Source: Prorocentrum cordatum (Eukaryota). Taken from it: a stretch of DNA of 64,000 bases. The stretch is taken from the NCBI GenBank assembly GCA_963575745.1, contig CAUYUJ010000314.1, positions 558,001 to 622,000 of the forward strand, read 5' to 3'. The first letter of the stretch is position 1, and every line of letters begins with the position of its first letter. The translations under genes and the position numbers were made by a program. The notes below the pieces were generated by a model, which did no database searches, was not told the origin of the DNA, and saw nothing but the letters and a program-made list of their open reading frames with translations. Below are positions 56,041 through 64,000 of the stretch, in pieces.

Positions 56041-59000
56041 TGACATATGCAGACACATTAAGGTTGTTGGCAGTGATGATTACGACGGCGACCATCACCC
56101 GTATTAGCACGAGGATGATGATCAAGCTGATTATGGTGACAGCGGGGATGATGATGAGAACGACAATGATGATAACGATGGTGTTTGCGATGGGACACCC
56201 CATCAAAGTCGCCTATGGCGAATCCCGCCGCCCCCTGCCTATTGGGATACACGTATATGGCCGAACTGTTGGGCACAGCTTGGCCACGCTGTAGGACCAT
56301 GCGCTCCCCCAGCCGTTGTGGAAGCCCTTTGGGGAATACTTGGGGGAGGAAGAGGAGGATGAGGAGAGGGAGGAAAAAGGAGGATGAGGAGAAGGATAAG
56401 GAGACCTCTTGGGAGCTTCTTGTGTAATTTTTTGGGCGGCCTCTTGGAGGCCTCTTGGGGGCCTCCCGAGGCCTCTCGGGGCTTCTTGGGGGCCTCTTTG
56501 ACCGTCGTACGGCGTTCCGGGACCGTCTGATGCCGTTGGAGGCCGTCTTTGGAGCCTCTCTGGGCAGTCTTGGGGTCCTCTTGGGGCGCTTCAGGGTCGT
56601 CTTGAAGACCATCTTGGGCGTCTTTGCATGCCACTTTGGGCCGTCTTGGGGCCCTCTGGGGGCCGTCTTGGGAGCCTCTTGGGCCTCTCGGATGCGATTT
56701 TGGGGTGTCTGGGAGGCCTCTCGAGGGCCTCGGGCTCCTTGGGGCTTGCTTTTGGCCTCTTGGGGGCCTCCTGGGGCTTCTGGGGGGCCTCTTGGGAGCC
56801 TGCTGGCGGTCTGGGGGGTCATCTTGGGGCGGAGCGCTCGAAATGTAGATTCGCTTTAAAATCCTTCAAGATAATGGGGGAATCTATGAGTTTGGTCTCT
56901 CGGGCCCTCTTGGGGGGCCTCTCGGAGCTCTCTTGGAGCGTCTTGGGGGTCTTTTGGACCGTCTTGGGGCCACTCTTGGGCCGTTTCGGGACCCTCTTGG
57001 CTCCGAAAAATTATAGCGGGAAGTTTCGGAAGCGCCCGAAAGTGCCCAGACGTGCCCCAGGCTGTGGGCTTCTTGCAGAGTCCATGAAGGACTCGGAGGA
57101 TCTGAGGTGACTCCAACTCGTGCCTCAGGGCACGGTGGCGAATTCCCAGGGAATGGGACATCTGTGGATCGGTTGAATACAACGCCAGCAGTGGTGAGCT
57201 GCAGCCTCATCGCTGGCCGTACGTATCCGCAGCCGTAGCCTTAGCTTCGCAGTATTGTAAATTACAGCGATTAGCCGCGTCCGCCACCATGAGAATACTT
57301 TTGATGGCGCTATCGAACTACCATTCGTTTGACAGGTTGCCCTACCGAATCTGGGAATTCTTGGGCGGTTTGCACGGCGAAATAGTACACGTATCGCCTG
57401 CGATGCTCTTGTCGCGCTGGCGAATCCGTCCAGTTACCCTCGCACGGCGGTGCGAACCACACGGTCCAGTGTGCAGGCTTGGCATCTCCGTGTTCTTCGG
57501 AGATGGGTCCAGGGGATGTCTCGGCAACGCGCCAGTCACCTCGAGGAGCGTCGTCACCCAGAAGACGATGTCCAATGCGGAGGCGGAGGCCCCCGGTCCG
57601 CTGCGCGCGAGCGCGCGCGCGGGCGCCCTGCGATCGTCCGCTGGCCACCGCGAGTGCCATTGGGGTGCAGTGTGCAGCGCAATCTGATGTCGTTGAGAGG
57701 GTAAGCTTGCGCCGCATCCGCCGACCCCTCGACGGTGTGGAGGCTACGGTTGGCCCTCGCAGGCGTTGATGGAGGATAATGAGAGGGAGCAGGGATGGAG
57801 GAAGGAAGGACGAGGAGACTGAGGAGGAGAGGAAGGAGGAGGAGGGCGATGATGATGCTGATGCTGCTGAGGAGGACGAGGAGGAGGAGGATGAGGAGGA
57901 GGAGGAGTAGGAAAAGGAGGAGGGGAGGAGGCGATGGGAGAGATGGTGAGAGAGAGAGAGAGAGAGAGAGAAATAGAGAGAGAGAGAGAGAGAGAGAGTG
58001 AGGGGGATAGGGAGGAGAAGGTGAAGAATCTGCAGCGACTCTTTGGCCATCTGGAGGCCTTGTCGGGGCTTCCTTGGGCTCCCTGGCTGGTCTTTTGGGG
58101 CCTTCGGTGGGCCAACTTGGCGCTCTTCGAGGGCTGTCCAGGGCCTTCTTGCAGTCTCTTCGCTTGGCTTGGGCACTTCAGAGGCCCTCCTGGGCCGTCT
58201 TGACCCTTCGTGGGGCCTTCTTTTGGCAGTCTTGAGGCTGTTAGGGTAGCGCGATGCCTGTATGAGAACGTTTCTCAGGGCCTCTATCTTGCGCCCTCCC
58301 CTCCCCCCCTCCGTGGGGCGTCTCGGAGGAATCCCAGAGGCCTCCTGTGTGGGGGCACGCGCAGGATGAGGCGTCTTAGGGTGCTCTTATCACCGAGGGC
58401 CCTGAGTAACGCTTCTGTGCTTCTTTGGGGATGTTTTTTGTTGGGCCTGCTTTCGTATACGTTGGATCTGATGTACACCCAGCTTTGTTACGGCCGTTGT
58501 GGACATGTTAGGTTTTAGCGTCTTCTCATGACATGGGGACGCCCTAAATCATATCGAAGGCTTCGCACATGTGCCAGGTGTCTACGGGACAGGGACGGCG
58601 TGTTGCCCTCCGAGGAAAACAGCTGTCTGTCCAAGGCATGTGCAACTCAGGAGGGTTGCAGCGCAGGGGCTTTCAATCACTCCACTACGGGCCAGGGGTC
58701 ACGGCGCTGCTATCCAGGATTTACGCGACATGTTGTGTACAACGTGTATGGCACGCATACACAAAGTGTGCGTGCACATGGAATTTAAGATGGACGTGGC
58801 GCATGTGCGCATTCGACTGAGACTATCGAGACAACCAGCAAAGGGGGTGATGATATAACCCTCTCAGGTTCAACAGGGTTCATTGGCCGTGCGGTACTCT
58901 GCGCAAGTTTTGCCAATCAGTGAGTATCAAGGCATGGTCTCACCACAAAAGAGGGAATGCCATGACGCAGACAGAGTGGAAACCAGGTGCCACGTGACGA

Positions 59001-60497
59001 TACATTTCGGAGTTGGTCGGCGCTCTGGGTGGCAGTGGAAGCGGCGAGCACACGTGGGCGAACGTGAAGCGCACAGGAGGGATTGTAATGATGCTACGGT
59101 GTCGCTGGCGAAAACGACTTTGATGTTGGCGTCGGCGACGATGAAGCTGCTGCTGATGATGACGACGATGGCAAACTTCGGAACGGCGAGGACGACAGCG
59201 GCAGCACTTCTTGGCGCGTATTCTCACCAGCTGAACCAGAACCGATTCCTAGGCGACATCCTATAAGCAGGGCAACGTAGGAGCTCCAGGCTTGGCCAAA
59301 GCGGGAACTCCTTTGAGCTTCTTGCAAACGTCCTGGGGTTCTGTCGGGGCCTCCTTGGAAGCCTCAGGGGGCTCTTGCGGAGTCTTTTGAGAGCCACTTT
59401 GGCCTTCTCGGGGCGGTCCTGGAGGCCACCGAACAGAAGTGGGGGATCCCTACCAACTGGCGCGCGTGCCCTGGCTCCGAGGGAGCGGTGAGTGACATGA
59501 GGAGCAGGGTGACGTGGGGGAAGCCAGGCGGAGGCCGTCCAGGGCGACGACAACGACAGCGACGACCGCGACGACCGACGACGGGCGAGCACAAGGGCTC
59601 CCGGCACGGGGGCGGGGCCGGCGGAAGGCCGGGGGGCCCGATGTGGCCAGGGCTCCAGGAGGCAGGGGAGGAGGGCGAGGGGACGACGGCGGCGGCCGAA
59701 GTGCAGGGCTCCAGACCAGGGGAGTGCGGAGGCCCAGGGGCTGGGGCGTTCCGGGGGGGGGGGGGGGGGGCAAGGGGGGGCAGGTGGGGGCCCCCCGGGG
59801 GCGGGGGGCGGGGGGGCCACAGGTGGCCAGGGATGGGGGCAGAGGGGGAGACGGGGGAGGATGACGACAACAAGCGACGGCGACAACGATGACGACGAGG
59901 GTGAAGTGCTCTGGGCTATCATCGAGGGGGGGGCAGCAGCTGGGAGGACAGGGAGGTCCGAGATGGAGGCGGGCGACGAGCTTTTGAGCGCAGCAGTGCA
60001 GGAGTATTGAGGTCCTCTTGGGGACCTTGCAGTCCTCGTGGGGCCCTTCCGGGGCTCTTTGGGAGGCTCCTGGGCCCTCTTGGGGTCATCTTGAAGGCCA
60101 TCGATCCAAAACGAGGAGGTCGAGCTGCTCGCGGCACCCCCTCGTCCAGCTTCCTTGGGAGGAGGTAAGTGGAGAGGTAAAGCCATCACCCTGAGGGGAA
60201 GGGGGTGGTGCTCGGAAGAGCTGATCCCCGAAACCAGTCGCACCCAGAGTGCTTGTGGGATCACGACGACAATGGCGCCGCCGCTGCCGACGACGACGAC
60301 GACGACGATGACGAGGACGAGGACGACGACGACGACAACGACGACGACGATATTGGTTATATGTGTGAGCACGACGGTGGCGACGACGACGTTCACCCCG
60401 CTGCCTCTTCTCAGACTCCCTCAGATCTTGCTGCTCGTCAGCCGCTGAGCGCTTCGGCCCGAGCTCGGAAGCATCCCGGCGGGCCCCTGGGGAGCCG

Positions 60498-60555
60498 ATG
60501 TCGTGCATCAAGCCCCACATCCGGGAGCTGGCGCCCTACCTGCCGCCGTTGGAAG
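60498..60555 (+). CDS. hisC: Histidinol-phosphate aminotransferase-like gene, coding exon 1 (MSCIKPHIRELAPYLPPLE-G)
   Basis: The N-terminal I.P.I..L.PY.PP motif is typical of HisC. The GC donor (GAAG|gccgc) splices in frame to exon 2. Confidence 0.8.
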
Positions 60556-60642
60556 GCCGCGGCGCGCGCGCCGGGTGGCCGAGGGGAGACGCAGGGGTGA
60601 CCGGCTCGGAGGGAACGCGTGGAAGGGGACTCCTCGGGAATC

Positions 60643-61371
60643 CCCTCCTCCTCCTCCTCCTCCTCCTCCTCCTCCTTTTCCTCCTCCTCATCCTCCTCCT
60701 CCTCCTCCTCCTCCTCCTCCTCCTCTTCCTCCTTCTCCCCCAGGGCGCGAGGGGACGGTAGCACTTTGCGTCGCTGTCCCCTCGGGAGCACCCTCTGGAT
60801 CCCAGCCCGTTCGGGCTTCGGGCCGCCCGCGCTTTGACGGGTCGAGCTGGCCACGGTGAGTCTCTCCAGGGCCCGTCGGGAGCCCGGAAGAGCTGCCTCC
60901 GGCCTCCACGGCGGGCTGGTTGTGACTTGGCCGCTCCGACCGATGCCTCCTTCCCCTCCTCCTCCTCCTCCTCCTCCTCCTCCTCCTCCTCCTCCTCCTC
61001 CCCCTCCTCCTCCTCCTTCTCCTCCTCCTCCTCTTCCTCCTGGGAGGGGGCGGATGAGGGCCGGGCCAGCCTCGCTCACCTCGCAGGGGCAAGGGCCACC
61101 CGCAGGGATTCTTTTGATTCCGCCGGCTCGATAAGATCTGTGTCCCCAGGCTGCCCATTCGAACCGACTCGATGGGGAGATCCCGATCCGCCGATTTCGA
61201 GTTCGCCCGACCCGGCTCCTGCAGACTCGATGTGTCAGCCGATTTCTGCCGATGCTCGCCGATCCGGCTTCGCTCCCGATGGATTTGTTGCGTTCCGACC
61301 GCTCCTCCTCCTCCTCCTCCTCCTCCTCCTTCTCCTCCTCCTCCTCCTCCTCCTCCTCCTCCTCCTCCTCC
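60643..61371 (+). repeat. Three (CCT)n tracts inside hisC intron 1
   Basis: Directly visible at about 60643-60735, 60950-61040 and 61302-61371. Confidence 0.95.
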
Positions 61372-62427
61372 TGGGAGGGGGTGGAGGAGGAGCGGTCGAT
61401 GCCTCGTTCTCGGGGAGTCGGGGCGGGATCCGACACTTCCGAGAGGTCGGCTCGACGGGGCGACGTCCAGGCCCAGACATGCGATGTCTTGACTTCTTCA
61501 ATGCCCATCTTCGGAACGCCCGAGTTTTTCCCCACGGCGTGTTTTGCATCCCGAGTCGTTTGTTGACGGCCCTGGGGCCCAGCGAGGGCCCCTGGAGGCC
61601 GAAAGCCACCAAGCACCTCCCGTCGTGATTTTTCGCATCGCGAGCATGTCGGGGATCCGACCCCAGGGCAGAGCGAAATCCAAGCCGATCTCAGACCATT
61701 GACCACAGCGCGTCCGTGGCTGGCCTGTGAGCTGCTTGCTCCCGAGGCTGCTGGTAGCGGCTGGCCGTCCTGGGTCGCACGGCACGCCGCGGCGGATGTC
61801 GCTTTCGGGTGCACGGACCGTGTTGGGGGGCCAGCGCGTACTTACAGGGGTTTGCGCGTCCAGGCCGTCTCGAGTTGAGGCACCGTGTCACACGAGCTCG
61901 TGACACACTGGGGCGTCCCTGCAAGCACGAAGTTTCGGGTTCGAGGTTCGAAGTTTTCGGATGTTTCCGCCAGCTCTCGATGGTTTTCCAGCCTCGGGAT
62001 TCTTTTCAGCAGCTGCGCCTCGCCGAGAGCGTTTGGAGGATGCCCAGATCGTCCCGAAGTGCCGCCCGAGAGCCGAGTTATGGCCCGAAAGCCCGTGATC
62101 ACCAGTAGGGTGGGGATAGGCTCAGGGGGGTATGGCCCGATAGCCCACCCCGCCCAGGAACGTGGCATTCGCAATCGAGGGCGCATCGCCGACCTATGGG
62201 CGATGTATCGCCGATTCGAGGTCGATGCCCCCCCTAAGCCAGTCTCCCTTATCGCTCCCCCTCTAACCTCACAGCAGGCAGCGAAGTACGCAAGACGCAG
62301 CTTGCTCCAGGTAGCATCGGCACAGATCTCTTCATCTCCCTCTGTTCGCTGTTCTCTCTATCCATGCTGTGCTCTGCCCCGTCCTCGTCTGCTCATTCCG
62401 TGCTCTCTCTCTCTCTGTTTTTCTGAC

Positions 62428-63547
62428 TGTACCTGATGGCCTTCGGCCCATCCCGCCGTGCCTGGGTTGTGGGTTGGTATGAAGCCTATTGGATTTTCCG
62501 TTGGGATCTCGTGGGAGGCCTCCCGGGGGCCTCTTGGAGGCACTTTTGAGGTATCTTGAGGGTCGTTTTGGGGTCTCTTTTGGGCCTCTCGGGGGCCTCT
62601 TGGGGGACTCTTCCGGGCCTCTTGGGGCCCTCTTGGACACCTCTTGGGCCGTCTTGGGGTGGTCTTGGGAGCCTTTTGGGAGAACAGGCGAGACCGCCAA
62701 AATCCTTTAATGAGTCAGGGAAATCAATGATTGGAGAGGCCTGACGGCCGGTGCCGCCGACCCTGATCGAAAGGGCTAGGAGTGGGGGGAGGAAGCGGAG
62801 GAGGAGGAGGAGGAGGAGGAGGAGGAGGAGGAGGAGGAGGAGGAGGAGGAGGAGGAGGAGGAGGAGGAGGAGGAGGAGGAGGAGGGAGGAGGAGGAGGAG
62901 CAGGAGGAGGAGGAGGAGGAAAAGGAGGAGGAGGAGGACCAGGAGGAGGAGGAAGTGCATCCCGTGCGTGCCCGCTCGAGGAAAGTGCGCCCCGGCGGGC
63001 GTCGTATCTGCCCCGGGCCCCCCCCCCTCCCCCCCCCCTGCGGGGAAGGGATCAAAGGGAAGGGGCTTCCCTTCGACTCCACTACGACGTCGTTTAATTT
63101 CGCTTTGGATAGCGCGCTTGAGGAGGAGAGCCCTGGGAGGGGGAGAACGGAGACGACGGAGACGACGAGTCGAACGGAGAAACCCCTCACACACGCCGAC
63201 AGTGTCGGCGGATTTTTGCCTCTGGCGGCCCTCTTGGGAGGCCTCTTAGAGGCCTCATGGGGCGCCTTGGAGGCTTCTTGGGCCATCTTGAGGCCATCTT
63301 GGGCGTCTCGGAGCGATCTTTCGGCGACTCGGGGCCCTCTTGACCGTCTTGGGGCCCTCTTGGCCCGTCTTGGGGTCCTCTCGGCTCCGACAAAGTCTCG
63401 CGACAAGACGCGAGAAGCCCCGAGAGGTTTGGCAATTTTGGTTCTGGGCCTTAAGAAAGACTCCTCAGGATTGAGGGCTGAAGCTCAGGGGATTCGGCAG
63501 AGGACCTGAGGACGACCACATCGTGCCCAGAGGCAAGGTGGCGGATA
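62428..63547 (+). mobile_element. Non-autonomous element of the 'cctcttggggcc' family with hairpins at both ends, inside the hisC intron
   Basis: 5' hairpin gatggccttcggcccatc. The 3' end cgtgcccagaggcaaggtggcggat is matched by cgtgcctcagggcacggtggcgaat at 57119-57143. It contains (GGA)n at 62797-62952. Confidence 0.5.
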
Positions 63548-63704
63548 CCCGTCATAGTTCAGATCTTCCCGACTCTCTTCGTCTCCGTCTCGCTCCTCCC
63601 TTCTCCCTTCGCTGCAGCTCTCTTCCTCCCCCTTTCGTCCCTGAGGTTCCCAGGATGCTTGGCTGGACAGCGGGGGGCTGGTGCCCACACGAGCGTGCCG
63701 CCAG

Positions 63705-63766
63705 GTCGAGGCAAGGCCGGCCAGACGCTCCTGGACTTCAACGAGCGCACGCTGCCTCCGCCCAAG
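63705..63766 (+). CDS. hisC: Histidinol-phosphate aminotransferase-like gene, coding exon 2 (G-RGKAGQTLLDFNERTLPPPK); the gene continues beyond the window
   Basis: cag|G acceptor and the LDFNE motif (HisC L..NE). The joined exons give 120 nt, or 40 codons with no stop. The putative donor is GA (AAG|gacag). Confidence 0.82.
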
Positions 63767-64000
63767 GACAGAGGGGAGGAACGGCTGCAGGGAGTCCGAG
63801 CGCTGTGGCTTATTCAGTCCTCCTTCCCCTGCTCCTCCTCCTTCCCCTGCTCCACCTCCTCCTCCTTTTCCTCCTACTCCCGCTCCTTCCGCTGCTGCTG
63901 CTGCTCCTCCTCCTCTTCCTCCCTCCCATCCGCGCGGCCTGTGGGAGCGTCCGGGCAGCCGCTGGACGTCTTGGGCCCCAAACGCTGCAGTAAGGACGCG

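Noticed and set aside
57232..57687. SL-like gccgtagccttagcttcgcag upstream of a gccaccATG ORF (132 aa)
   Set aside because: Only 9 nt match the SL and the peptide has no recognisable family. Too weak to call.

Overview
This is repeat-dominated eukaryotic nuclear DNA, most likely from a dinoflagellate. The evidence is an exact 3' spliced-leader match GCCATTTTGGCTCAAG at 31101-31116, a second degenerate SL at 43139, and GC/GA splice donors with AG|G acceptors. Almost all ORFs in the track are artefacts of microsatellites and satellites. Supported content: (i) the first two coding exons of a histidinol-phosphate aminotransferase (hisC-like) gene at 60498-60555 and 63705-63766, split by a 3.15-kb GC-AG intron and followed by a GA donor; (ii) a 9.5-kb head-to-tail, same-strand cluster of five related APE-endonuclease/RT LINE copies (18.4-27.9 kb), one nearly full length but frameshifted; (iii) a ~666-codon ORF1-like frame with a single in-frame TAG (14025-16025) inside a probable retroelement; (iv) several retroelement 3' ends that share a terminal hairpin, an A-tract and (TG)n; (v) MITE-like and fold-back elements, one of which may be introner-like; (vi) many micro-, mini- and macrosatellites; (vii) a low-confidence multi-exon gene on the + strand at about 80-6385. 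No rRNA, tRNA or CRISPR array was found. All alignments and translations were done by eye, and boundaries of decayed elements are approximate.
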